Shown here: one piece after another, positions 12,601 to 24,918 of the stretch | How positions within the stretch are numbered: the stretch's first letter is position 1 | Layout of the letters: every line of letters begins with the position of its first letter | Assembly: GCA_002269645.1 (NCBI GenBank) | Contig: NIVC01000366.1 | Location: forward strand, 583,523 to 647,522 | Source: Macrostomum lignano | Lineage: Eukaryota | Direction of reading: 5' to 3' | Length of the DNA: 64,000 nt | The notes under the pieces: model-generated | The model's input: the letters and a program-made list of their open reading frames with translations, nothing else | The model's database searches: none | What the model was told of the DNA's origin: nothing | Position numbers and translations under genes: made by a program

Positions 12601-13798
12601 GTGTCTTATCAATGACCATCCCTAGTGTCTGATCAGTGACCATCCCTAGTGTCTTATCAATGACCATCCCTAGTTTCTGATCAATGACCATCCTTAGTGT
12701 CTGATTAATGACCATCCCTAGTGTCTGATCAATGACCATCCTTAGTGTCTGATCAATGACCATCCCTAGTGTCTGATCAATGACCATCCCTAGTGTCTTA
12801 TCCATGACCATCCCTAGTGTCTTATCAATGACCATCCCTAGTGTCTGATCAGTGACCATCCCTAGTGTCTGATCAATGACCATCCCTAGTGTCTGATCAG
12901 TGACCATCCCTAGTGTCTGATCAATGACCATCCCTAGTGTGTGATCAATGACCATCCCTAGTGTCTTATCAATGACCATCCCTAGTGTGTGATCAATGAC
13001 CATCCCTAGTGTCTTATCAATGACCATCCCTAGTGTCTGATCAATGACCATCCCTAGTGTCTGATCAATGACCATCCCTAGTGTCTGATCAATGACCATC
13101 CCTAGTGTCTGATCAATGACCATCTCTAGTGTCTGATCAGTGACCATCCCTACTGTCCGATCAATCAATGACTCAAATGGCTCATCAATGGCTCAGATGA
13201 CCACTCAATGACTCAATGGGCCTATCAATGACTCAAATGGCCTATCAATGACTCAAATAAATGACCACTCGATGACTCAAATGGTCTATCAATGACTCCA
13301 GTGACCAATAAATGACTCAAATTGCCTATTAATGACTTAAATGTCCCATCAATGACTTAAATGTTCCATCAATGACTTAAATGACCCTCTCCAAAATAAA
13401 TGACTCATTACCAACCCCCCCCTCGCGATCAGGAGTCAACTCCTGCCGCCAGAAAACCCGGTCGAAAGCGCAAACAGCCGCAGAGCGCCGATGCCGAGGC
13501 AGACGCCGGCGCCGCCGCGAGCGCCAGAAAACGACGAGCGTCGAGAAAAATATCGACATCGACTGCATTTAGTCGCGTCGGCGGCAGCGGCGGCGTGTTC
13601 AAATACAGCGCCGAACAGATGGCCCAGATGCTCGACAGGATTCGACAATTCGAACAGAATCCGGAAAGTTTGTTTGTCGAGCTCGAGGGCGACTCTGCTG
13701 CTGGCTCGGGCACTGCAGCAGGAGTCGGAGGAGGAGCGACACCCTCCTCCAGGGCTCGCGGCCGAGGGCGGGGGCGAGGGCGAGGTCCCGGTAGCTGA
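5917..13798 (+). CDS. GTF3C2: General transcription factor IIIC subunit 2 (TFIIIC110/Tfc6)-like WD40 protein with long S/T-rich C-terminal tail
   Basis: Inferred exons 5917-6831, 7246-7810 (frameshift at 7518-7521), 8218-8430, 9613-11812 and 13433-13798, with consistent phases. Motifs in the order typical of the family: acidic N-terminus, [105 protein letters not shown]-hook-like RRGRP motifs follow. Confidence 0.75.
6850..7240. repeat. 28-bp minisatellite in intron 1 of GTF3C2-like gene
   Basis: Unit cccagatcctcagttgctgggccagcct, ~13 copies, drifting in sequence toward the acceptor. Confidence 0.9.
7844..8190. repeat. 36-bp minisatellite in intron 2
   Basis: Unit gtctcatagggtgagatttcctattagatttatgca; period 36 (7844, 7880, 7916). 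Confidence 0.9.
8452..9616. repeat. (CTGT)n-derived compound microsatellite with higher-order blocks, intron 3
   Basis: Read directly from the sequence; blocks containing tttggctgtctgtctctgtatctacc recur three times. Confidence 0.95.
10985..11300 (+). repeat. Coding 24-bp repeat (VEKSTPSN x11 plus diverged copies)
   Basis: gtcgagaagtcgacaccgtcaaat with period 24 from 10985 to 11248, in frame in ORF 8285-11857. Confidence 0.95.
11845..13165. repeat. 24-bp minisatellite (~55 copies) in intron 4
   Basis: Unit tcaatgaccatccctagtgtctga; followed by a diverged tcaatgact-core array at 13165-13410. Confidence 0.95.
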
Positions 13799-13864
13799 AG
13801 GGTTGTCTCTCCGCTATTTTATGTCGCCGGATGTTCTCTTTTGATCTGCTTTACTGATTTTGTT

Positions 13865-14555
13865 CTTTCCTTCCGGTTATGCCCTTCCTCTCATCCCTCT
13901 TCCCTTCTATTTTCCTCCTTTCCCCTCTCCTCTTTCCCCTCTCCCCTCTCCTCTCTCCCCTCTCCTCTCCTCTTTCCCCTCTCCCCTCTCCTCTCTTCCC
14001 TCTCCCCTCTCCCCTCTCCCCTCTCTCCTCTCCTCTTTCCCCTCTCCCCTCTCTCCTCTCCTCTTTCCCCTCTCCCCTCACCCCTCTCCTCTCTCTCCTC
14101 TCCCCTCTCCTCTCTTCCCTCTCCCCTCTCCTCTCTCCCCTCTCCCCTCTCCTTTCTCCTCTCTCCCCTCTCCCCTCTCCCCTCTCCTCTCCTCTTTCCC
14201 CTCTCCCCTCTCCCCTCTCCTCTCTCCCCTCTCCCCTCTCTCCTCTCCTCTTTCCCCTCTCCCCTCACCCCTCTCCTCTCTCTCCTCTCCCTCTCCTCTC
14301 TCCCTATCCCCTCTCCCTCTCCTCTCTCCCCTCTCCCCTCTCCTCTCTCCCCTCTCCTCTCTCTCTCCTCTCTCCCCTCTCCTTTCTCCTCTATCCTCTC
14401 TCCCTTCTCCCCTCTCCTCTCTCCTCTCTCCCCTCTGCTCCCTTCCCTCTCCTCTCTTCTCTATCCTCTATCCTCCCTCATCTCTCTCCTCTTCCTTCTC
14501 CTCTCTCCCTCTCCTCTTTTCTCTCCCCTCTCCTCTCTCTCCCCTCTCCTCTCTA
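13865..14555. repeat. C/T polypyrimidine low-complexity tract
   Basis: Almost exclusively C and T, built from ctctcc/cctct modules. Confidence 0.95.
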
Positions 14556-15953
14556 TCCAATTTCCTTTCGCGCCTGTCAAACTGCTTCAAAAACTGCTTC
14601 CCAATGGCTAGGCACATTCACTTTCTCCTAATTCACCTGCACATATTCAGCCTTTAGTCCACTGTTTCTATGTAAAAATAAAATTGCATATGCTACTACT
14701 TTCCATAGCAGTTGTACATACAACATATAGTGTCAGAAACCTATCAGCTTAAGCTAGAAAAGGCAAAAAATTGTTGTTTTTGTCACCTTTCGTTGAATTT
14801 CTAGTTTTAACGCCGCAGCTTATGGTAATTATGTATTATTAAAGTTACTGCGATATAGCATGGCAACACGCTTTACTAGTACTGATTGGCGCTAATGACT
14901 TTAGCCTGGCATTTCAAATACAGCTATGTAATAAAATATGTAAACATGAAAATTGGCACGCAAATTAATATTTGTTTGTTTAAAATGATTTGGTTTTCTA
15001 ACCTTTTACCTGCGATATTTTGTGCTTTTTTGGGTTTTTAAAAAAGTATCATTGTAGCTGCTTTTGCACAGCGCTGAGTCACATTCCCGCCCCGATTGGG
15101 CCAGATGTGCAACCGACAGCTCCGACCGCAGCTATTGCGCGGCGCATCTGAAGGCTGCGTACGCTGTTCAGTCCAAGGACTGGGGGGGGGGGGGGGTCGC
15201 CACACACAGCCTCAATTACCCCAGCTAATGCTGGCACCCATGTTACAGCTGGGTGAACTCTAGCAATGCAAGTGTCTTGCTCAACAACACAAATTGTTCC
15301 GAGTGGGTCGGGAATCCCGGACCTTTCAGTAGGTAGTAGTATATAATGTGTTTTTACCATACAGTATAAAAATACTTACTATATTTGGCCAGTGCTTCCT
15401 GTCTCCACAGCCAACATTCTACTAGAAAAAGCCAGACCTCTTTTTTCCCAGCATGCGTAAAGGTGAGCTACGCCAGAGCGTACACTCACTCTAGCCCCAC
15501 TTCCCTGTGGCAGGCAACTTGCAAGTCCCTCTCAACGCTCTGCCCTGTACAGCCCAGTTAAGGGTTAATTTTGGATAAAGTAACGATTTGAATAGAGCTG
15601 GCTCAACTATTATAACCAGCCTAGCTATGCATTGCTGTGGGAGGGGTGCTGTGCTGGTCTGGTCTGAGCACCGAGGCATGGAGGGAAGAGCGGGTGAGGA
15701 AGTGAACACCCCAGCAAGAGTAGCTGTAGTTAGAGATAAAAGTCATCTGAACGGACAGGGGACACACGGGACAGTCTGATTGGTTATAGCCAGGTAGGAA
15801 TTGGAGTGTAACTATACTCAAAATATTTCTTCAAGTCCGATTTGCATATTTTTCTGCGCGCTTGCTTGTGGCAAAGGCTGTTACTACGAGTAAAAGGAGA
15901 GTCGCATTCTCTTAAATCATATCAGTAATTTACCGAGAATGGATCGCTAAACA

Positions 15954-18900
15954 ATGATTGACAGGGTAAGTTTTTATTATACCAGAGGTCGTTTGATATT
16001 TGAGTACCCCCTTACAGGCTAATTATCAAGAGGAAATCCATCCCCCCCCCCTACAGACTATAATTATCAAGAGGAGATCCATTCCCCCCCCCTACAGGCT
16101 ATAATTATCAAGAGGAGATCCATTCCCCCCCCCCCCTACAGGCTATAATTATCAAGAGGAGGTCAATCCCCCCTACAGGCTATAATTATCAAGAGGAGGT
16201 ATATCCCCTCCACCAGGCTATAATTATCAAGAGGAGGTCAATCCCCCCTACAGACTATAATTATCAAGGGGAGGTCAATTCCCCCCTACAGGCTATAATT
16301 ATCAAGAGGAGGTCAATCCCCCCTACAGACTATAATTATCAAGAGGAGGTATATCCCCTCCACCAGGCTATAATTATCAAGAGGAGGTCAATCCCCCCTA
16401 CAGACTATAATTATCAAGGGGAGGTCAATTCCCCCCTACAGGCTATAATTATCAAGAGGAGGTCAATCCCCCCTACAGACTATAATTATCAAGAGGAGGT
16501 CAATCCCCCCTACAGACTATAATTATCAAGAGGAGGTCAATTCCCCCTACAGACTATAATTATCAAGGGGAGGTCAATTCCCCCCTACAGGCTATAATTA
16601 TCAAGAGGAGGTCAATTCCCCCTACAGACTATAATTATCAAGGGGAGGTCAATTCCCCCCTACAGACTATAATTATCAAGAGGAGGTCAATCCCCCCTAC
16701 AGACTATAATTATCAAGAGGAGGTCAATCCCCCCTACAGACTATAATTATCAAGAGGAGGTCAATTCCCCCTACAGACTATAATTATCAAGGGGAGGTCA
16801 ATTCCCCCCTACAGACTATAATTATCAAGAGGAGGTCAATCCCCCCTACAGACTATAATTATCAAGGGGAGGTCAATTCCCCCCTACAGGCTATAATTAT
16901 CAAGAGGAGGTCAATTCCCCCTACAGACTATAATTATCAAGGGAGGTCAATTCCCCCTACAGACTATAATTATCAAGAGGAGGTCAATCCCCCCTACAGA
17001 CTATAATTATCAAGAGGAGGTCAATCCCCCCTACAGACTATAATTATCAAGAGGAGGTATATCCCCTCCACCAGGCTATAATTATCAAGAGGAGGTCAAT
17101 TCCCCCTACAGACTATAATTATCAAGGGGAGGTCAATTCCCCCCTACAGGCTATAATTATCAAGAGGAGGTCAATTCCCCCTACAGACTATAATTATCAA
17201 GGGGAGGTCAATTCCCCCCTACAGGCTATAATTATCAAGAGGAGGTCAATTCCCCCTACAGACTATAATTATCAAGGGGAGGTCAATTCCCCCCTACAGA
17301 CTATAATTATCAAGAGGAGGTCAATCCCCCCTACAGACTATAATTATCAAGAGGAGGTCAATCCCCCCTACAGACTATAATTATCAAGAGGAGGTATATC
17401 CCCTCCACCAGGCTATAATTATCAAGAGGAGGTCAATCCCCCCTACAGACTATAATTATCAAGGGGAGGTCAATTCCCCCCTACAGGCTATAATTATCAA
17501 GAGGAGGTCAATTCCCCCCTACAGTCTAATTATCAAGAGGAGGTCAATGTCCCCCTACAGGCTATAATTATCATTAATTAAACTCTATTAAAAACCCGTT
17601 GCCATGCAGATCCCAGCCTCAGCTACACTGAGCTTATCAGTCGTCAGTCAGCCGTCATTAACCGAGAAAACTTCTGCAAGTCTCCAATCGCCCAACGGTC
17701 GCTTGCAGCCTGTGGCGGTGCAGTTTGGCAACGCCAATGGCGAGGGCGAAGGCGAGAATGCCAGGCTAGTTCTCGAGCAGCCTGATGAGCAGGGCTGTTT
17801 CCAATTGCGATTAACGCAGTCGATTGACGATCGAGATGTACACGTAGCCGGCTCGCCGTTCTGTCTGCAAGTGAACGGCCACGGCGGTTGCGGACAGGGC
17901 AACGGCGACGGCGAGGGAGATGGGTTAAACGGATTCGGCGTCCATAGCAACGATGATCAGAAGCCTGGTGGCCAAGGTTGGTGAGGCCAACTTGATGAGA
18001 GGAGAGAGAGACAGGTAGAGGGGGGAGAGGGAGACAGGTAGAGGTGAGAGGGAGACAGGTAAAAGGGAGAGGGAGACAGGTGAAAGGGAGAGGGAGACAG
18101 GTGAAAGGGAGAGGGAGACAGGTAGAGGGAAGAGGGAGACAGGTAGAGGGGAGAGGGAGACAGGTAGAGGGGAGAGGGAGACAGGTAGAGAGTGGGAGGG
18201 AGACAGGTAGAGGGAAGAGGGAGACAGGTAGAGGTGAGAGGGAGACAGGTAAAAGGGAGAGGGAGACAGGTGAAAGGGAGAGGGAGACAGGTAGAGGGAA
18301 GAGGGAGACAGGTAGAGGGAAGAGGGTGATAGACAGAAGGGAGAGGGAGACAGGTAGAGGGGAGAGGGAGACAGGTAGAGGGGAGAGGGAGACAGGTAGA
18401 CGGGGGAGAGGGAGACAGGTAGAGGGGAGAGGGAGACAGGTAGAGGGGGGAGAGGGAGACAGGTAGAGGGGAGAGGGAGACAGGTAGAGGGGAGAGGGAG
18501 ACAGGTAGAGAGTGGGAGGGAGACAGGTAGAGGGAAGAGGGAGACAGGTAGAGGTGAGAGGGAGACAGGTAAAAGGGAGAGGGAGACAGGTAGAGGGAAG
18601 AGGGAGACAGGTAGAGGGAAGAGGGTGATAGACAGAAGGGAGAGGGAGACAGGTAGAGGGGAGAGGGAGACAGGTAGAGGGGAGAGGGAGACAGGTAGAG
18701 GGGAGAGGGAGACAGGTAGAGGGGAGAGGGAGACAGGTAGAGGGGAGAGGGAGACGGGTAGAGGGGAGAGGGAGACAGGTAGAGGGAAGAGGGATACAGG
18801 TAGAAGGGAGAGGGAGACGGGTAGAGAGGAGAGGGAGACAGGTAGAGGGAGAGGGAGGCAGGCAGAGGGAGAGGGAGGCAGGTAGAGAGAGAGAGAGGGA

Positions 18901-21900
18901 GAGAGAGAGCAAGAAGCGGGGAGTTGGAGTCCACGATTTTAGGTTTCATATTTTATTCTGTTTGAGTAGTAAATTTTGAAAAGACTGTTAGAATTGGAAA
19001 TGCAGGTATAAATTCGAGTCTGCAATGGTATTTAATTTAGTTACACGCCTCCCTTCCGTCACAATTGAATGCCTGTCCGTGAACAGGGAAGCCTCCCATT
19101 GGCTCTATAGTGGTCAACAATGGCGCACTGGAAAATCTTTTTGCCCTGCTTGCGCTGGAGATTCGAGTGAAAAAGCGTAAGATAAAAATTCAAGCCAAGC
19201 TGGTTGAATTTGCGATTGCCATGATTTGATGATAATTGGTTTTCGGAATTACCTGTTATTTACTATAAAAACTGATTCTTAAAAGCAATATAAATCTTGT
19301 TACTATCAACCTGTTTATGGATTGTCTCTAATTGGAATATTTGCGTGTATGGAATCTCAATATTGCGAAGTAACTGTCTATCCGTAAGTACTGCTGTTGC
19401 ACCGTCCTTTTAGCTGACTTCTAATGCGGCTGCCTTTTGCTATCCTTATGCTTATAAAGACTGTGAACCAATCATTTGTGAGCTGTCCCTATCCAGTAAC
19501 TGTTCATTGTCCCTATTTTAATAGTGTCCATTATCTCTATCCAGAGAGTGTCCACTGTCTCTATCCCAATAGTGTCCACTATCCCTATTCCAAGAGTGTC
19601 CGCTTTCTCTATCCGAAGTGTCCACTATATCTATCCAGAAAGTGTCCACTATCCCTATCCCAATAGTGTCCACTATCCCTATTCCAAGAGTGTCCGCTTT
19701 CTCTATCCGAAGTGTCCACTATATCTATCCAGAAAGTGTCCAATATCTCTATCCCAAGAGTGTCCACTATCCCTATTCCAAGAGTGTCCGCTATCTCTAT
19801 CCGAAGTGTCCACTATATCTATCCAGAGAGTGTCCACTATCTACATCCAAAGAGTGTTCACTATCCCTATCCCAATAGTGTCCACTATCCCTATCCCATA
19901 AGTGTCCGCTGTCCCTATCCCGTAACTGTTCATTGTCCCTATTTTAATAGTGTCCACTATCTCTAGACTCTATCCAAAGAGTGTCCACTATCCCTATCCC
20001 AATAGTGTCCACTGTCTCTATTCCAAGAGTGTCCACTTTCTCTATCCGAAGTGTCCACTATATCTATCCAGAAAGTGTCCACTATCCCTATCCCAATAGT
20101 GTCCACTATCCCTATTCCAAGAGTGTCCGCTTTCTCTATCCGAAGTGTCCACTATATCTATCCAGAAAGTGTCCAATATCTCTATCCCAAGAGTGTCCAC
20201 TATCCCTATTCCAAGAGTGTCCGCTATCTCTATCCGAAGTGTCCACTATATCTATCCAGAGAGTGTCCACTATCTACATCCAAAGAGTGTTCACTATCCC
20301 TATCCCAATAGTGTCCACTATCCCTATTCCAAGAGTGTCCGCTTTCTCTATCCGAAGTGTCCTCTATATCTATCCAGAAAGTGTCCAATATCTCTATCCC
20401 AAGAGTGTCCACTATCCCTATTCCAAGAGTGTCCGCTATCTCTATCCGAAGTGTCCACTATATCTATCCAGAGAGTGTCCACTATCTACATCCCAAGTGT
20501 TCACTATCCCTATCCCAAGTGTCCACTATCCCTACTTCTTTTGTCTATTGCCACTATACAATTGATGCTCTAAAGAACCCGGCCTATTAAATAGCATGCA
20601 TTTTAGCATCAAATCCCAACACATTGCTGCAGCCAAACTAATTACCAATTTTTTACCTGACGCAGGTTTGACCTTAACCGTAGGCAGCCAAGTTTGGTCG
20701 TCAGAGTCAGGAACTGATAGAAGAGAGAGTCAGCAGGATCAGAAGCTTGACCAAGTGCCCCTAGCACCCGGAGATTACACGTTGTTAATAAAACTGTCCC
20801 ATAGCAACGGTGTCAGGAATTGCAATTATTCAACAGCAATTACGGAGAAATCGAACTCGATGCGGTTCAAGCTGATCAGCTTAGCTGGCGGAGTCAAGCA
20901 GGTGGCAATTCTGGGACGAGGGAAGCGTCTGCGACTTCCCGTGTGGCTGGGTGCTGACCTGGATGTTGATGAGGGAGGTGAGCGCACGGCCAGGGGTTGC
21001 TCTGCTAATTTAATTGTTGAGATTGACTTTAATCTCATGATTGATCCTAGAATTGATACTTAGTATCGATTTCCCATTTGATAAAATGTCAGATCCCATA
21101 CTTGATCCCATATCTGATCGCATATCTGATCCCATATCTGATCCCATATCTGATCTCATATCTGATCTCATATCTGATCCCATACTTGATCCCATATCTG
21201 ATCCCATACCTGATCCCATATCTGATCTCATATCTGATCCCATATCTGATCCCATACTTGATCCCATATCTGATCCCATATCTGATCCCATATCTGATCC
21301 CATACCTGATATCATATCTGATCTCATACCTAATCCCGTAACTGATCCCATATCTGATCCCATATCTGACCCCATACCTGATCCCATATCTGACCCCATA
21401 CCTGATCCCATATCTGATCCCATATCTGATCCCATATCTGACCCCATACCTGATCCCATATCTGATCCCATATCTGACCCCATACCTGATCCCATATCTG
21501 ACCCCATATCTGATCCCACATCTGATCCCATATCTCCTGACCTGAACTCTGTAGGATCAAATATGGGATCTCCATGGGATCTCTATGGGATCAAATATGG
21601 GATCTCCATGGGATCTCTATGGGATCAAATATGGGATCTCCATGGGATCTCTATGGGATCAAATATGGGATCTCCATGGGATCTCTATGGGATCAAATAT
21701 GGGATCTCCATGGGATCTCTATGGGATCAAATATGGGATCTCCATGGGATCTCTATGGGATCAAATATGGGATCGAATATGGAATCAAATATGTGATCTT
21801 TATAAGATCAAATATAGGATCTCTATCGGATCGCTCCCAAAAGTTTGATCCCACAGAAATCCCCAAATCCCAAATCCAACCCCCAGGCCCATCGGCAACA

Positions 21901-24485
21901 GTGCAAGACCCAGCCGGCCAGGTCCGTCCTTGTCAGCTACGTCGACTCGCCGACGGTCGCCTCGCCATCGCCGTTTCGCCGCTTCGGCCCGGCCGGCATC
22001 GAGTCCAGCTGCTGCAGGGCGACAGTCAAACCCGACGTCTCAGCCGATTTGTCGATGTCGACTTCTCGCCTAGAGACCTCGCCGACGCCAGTCGAGTTCG
22101 CGTCGAGATCGACGGCCAGGGCGACGAAAAGTTCATCTGCTACGCTGGCGAGCTCTTCCGGTTGGGCGTCGACGTGTCCGAGGCCGGCTTTGGCCGGCTG
22201 GTGGCGTCCGTGTCCGGGCCTGGCCGAACCCGCGTCGACATCGAGGCCACTGCCGATGGGCGAACCGACGACGGTAAAGCCGAGAAACCCTTGTGTTGGA
22301 TTTGTTGCTTGGCAACTGAGCCGGGCGACTATAGGCTGTCGGTGACTTACGGCGACGATCACGTGACCGGAAGTCCCTGGCAGCTGAAGGTGCTGCCGGC
22401 ACCGCCGCCGCCGCCGCCTCCACCGCAGCAGCAGCCTCTGGTTATTGAAATGCGATTTCTTTGAAATGTGTACTTTTAGATGGAATGCGCCTTGTTGCAG
22501 ACTCTGTTCCCTGATTAGTCTCAGAGATCCCATCATTCGTCTCATAGAGATCCCAACATTAGTCTCATGGAGATCCCAATTATTAGTCTCACAGAGACCT
22601 AAATCATTTGTCTCATAGAAATCCCATCATTAGTCTCATATAGATACTATCATTAGTCTCACAGAGATCCCAATTATTAGTCTCACAGAGATCCCAATTA
22701 TTAGTCTCATAGAGATCACAATCATTAGTCTCACAGAGACCTCAATCATTTGTCTCATAGAAATCCCATCATTAGTCTCATAGAGATCCCATCATTAGTC
22801 TCATATAGATACCATCATTAGTCTCACAGAGATCCCATCCTTGATCTCGCGGACAGATCCCAACAGTAATTTCCCGCCCTCTGAGCACAATCCCGGAAGT
22901 CGCTCATGCTTCAATCACCTTTGCAGCCCCTCTCGAAAGCGACCTCAGTCAGCTCCGGCCTGCTGCGCAATCGCATCAACCAGCCGAACAGGTTCACCGT
23001 TAGTCTGGTGGCCTCCGCCGACCGGACTGCGGACACCGCGTCGGATCTTGCCGTGACGATCGAAGGCCCTTCAAAAGCTCGCATCGACGCCGAGGATGGA
23101 GGCCGCGAAATCTGCTGGACGGCGAGTCGACCTGGCGTCTATCGGGTCGGCGTCGCTGTCGACTCCGTGCACGTGGACGGATCGCCTTGGCTGGTTGAAC
23201 TCTGCGAAGATGTCGATGAAGACGGTGTCCTTGACAATGTCCAGCCAATGCGTTCCTGTCGATGCCCGCGGGCCTGCGTTGTCGGCCTGGACGATGCACC
23301 TGTCGGTGTCGGTTCAACGTCGAGCTTTCGTTTGATGACTTGTCATCGACAAGTTGACGTCGTCTCCGTCTGTGTAGACGGTCCGGCCAAGTGTCCGAGC
23401 CTGATGGCCAAGTGGCTGGATAGCGGAGAGGACATTGGGGACTGCTTGGCCTGCTACGAGATCGTGTTCTCGCCTGAGGCTGCCGGGGTGTACAAGCTGA
23501 GTGTGCAGTGCGGCTGGGGTGCGAGCTGCCTGCGGGATGTTGAAGGTAGGACTGCCGCTCCGTGTCTGCTGGATTGCGGTGTCTGTAGCTGAGTGTCTGT
23601 AGCTGAGTGTCTGTAGCTGAGTGTCTGTAGCTGGTGTAGGATATGTAGCTGGTGTAGGATGTGTCTGTAGCTGATGTAGGATGTGTCTGTAGCTGATGTA
23701 GGATGTGTCTGTAGCTGGTGTAGGATGTGTCTGTAGCTGGTGCAGGATGTGTCTGTAGCTGGTGCAGGATGTGTCTGTAGCTGGTGCAGGATGTGTCTGT
23801 AGCTGGTGTAGGATGTGTCTGTAGCTGATGTAGGATGTGTCTGTAGCTGATGTAGGATGTGTCTGTAGCTGGTGTAGGATGTGTCTGTAGCTGGTGCAGG
23901 ATGTGTCTGTAGCTGGTGCAGGATGTGTCTGTAGCTGGTGCAGGATGTGTCTGTAGCTGGTGTAGGATGTGTCTGTAGCTGGTGCAGGATGTGTCTGTAG
24001 CTGGTGCAGGATGTGTCTGTAGCTGGTGCAGGATGTGTCTGTAGCTGGTGCAGGATGTGTCTGTAGCTGATTTAGGATGCGTGTCTGTCTGTCCGCCAGT
24101 CGCTGCAGTCCAACAATATCTTTATCATCTTTTAGGATCTCCATTTCAAATAAAAGCAGCCACAGCCTCAGCTGCAGCTCACCGGGTGGTTTGCACCGGC
24201 TGTGCACTTCGCGACGCCTCAGTCGGTCGAGTTTCCGTCATCACCGTCGACGCCAGACAGGCTGACAGCGTCGCAGCGGCTGCAGAGCAGGGGCTCCGAG
24301 CGAAACTGCTGGGACCATCTGGATTGGCTTCGGGTCCGGTTGAAATCAGAAAGCTGTCTTCCGCCGGGGTGTACAGTCTGTCCTTCACCGCGGCCGAAGT
24401 TGGAAGTCACCGGTTAGTGGTCACGTGGGCCGGCTGTCACGTGACCGGGTCTCCGTTTCAAGTTCGGGTTAGATCGGATTTGTAG
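15954..24485 (+). CDS. Filamin/ABP280 Ig-repeat protein (~6 divergent repeats, no actin-binding domain seen)
   Basis: Inferred exons 15954-15965 (MIDR), 17610-17976, 19087-19176 (less certain), 20666-20977, 21887-22440, 22927-23545 and 24136-24485, all phase-compatible. Filamin motifs: HVAGSPFCLQV, PLAPGDYTLLIK, VSEAGFGRLVASVSGP, EPGDYRLSVTYGDDHVTGSPW, LAVTIEGPSKA, HVDGSPW, DVEG|SPFQIKA, VGSHRLVVTWAGCHVTGSPFQVRV. Confidence 0.8.
16010..17575. repeat. 37-38-bp minisatellite (~42 copies), filamin-like intron 1
   Basis: Unit aggaggtcaatcccccctacagactataattatcaag. Confidence 0.95.
18003..18910. repeat. 21-bp purine-rich minisatellite
   Basis: Unit gagggagacaggtagagggga, ~40 copies. Confidence 0.95.
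19480..20535. repeat. 20-22-bp minisatellite family with higher-order repetition
   Basis: Core agtgtccactat(c/a)(c/t)ctat(c/t)c; variant sequences recur as multi-unit blocks. Confidence 0.9.
21085..21540. repeat. 12-bp minisatellite (atctgatcccat)
   Basis: Read directly from the sequence. Confidence 0.95.
21553..21800. repeat. 33-bp minisatellite (three 11-bp atgggatc subunits), inverted relative to the preceding array
   Basis: Unit gggatcaaatatgggatctccatgggatctctat. Confidence 0.9.
22512..22840. repeat. ~23-bp minisatellite (attagtctcatagagatccca core)
   Basis: Read directly from the sequence; imperfect copies. Confidence 0.85.
23580..24080. repeat. 22-bp minisatellite (gctggtgcaggatgtgtctgta)
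   Basis: Period 22 (e.g. 23701, 23723). Confidence 0.95.
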
Positions 24486-24649
24486 GTTTATAATGATCTG
24501 AATTGCTGGCTACATTATCTAAAAGACCAATTAGATATGTACGAGTATGGCATCTATAAGGTCGATATAAACCTATAGAATACCTTAAAGTACATATTTA
24601 TATATACGGTAGCTACAACGTCATTTTATTGCCTGAAAATTACTGCTAA

Positions 24650-24918
24650 CCTTAACCATTTAACCCTAACCAGAGACAACCCTAACTCTAACCTACTCCC
24701 CAACCCCAACCCTAACCTAAACCCCAACCCTAACCTAAGCCCCAACCCTGACCTAAACCCCAACCCTAACCTAAACCCCAACCCTGACCTAAACCCCAAC
24801 CCTAACCTAAACCCCAACCCTGACCTAAACCCCAACCCTGACCTAAACCCCAACCCTGACCTAAACCCCAACCCTGACCTAAACCCCAACCCTGACCTAA
24901 ACCCCAACCCTGACCTAG
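24650..24918. repeat. Telomere-like (CCCTAA-derived) 18-bp array
   Basis: ccctaa/ccccaa/cctaaa hexamers consolidating into aaaccccaaccctgacct. Confidence 0.85.

Noticed and set aside
10985-13165. Common origin of the coding 24-bp repeat and the adjacent intronic 24-bp array
   Set aside because: Same period but no convincing sequence similarity on either strand.
15481-15810. TA-flanked CACTC...GAGTG element (Tc1-type MITE)
   Set aside because: Only 5 bp of perfect inverted match; insufficient.
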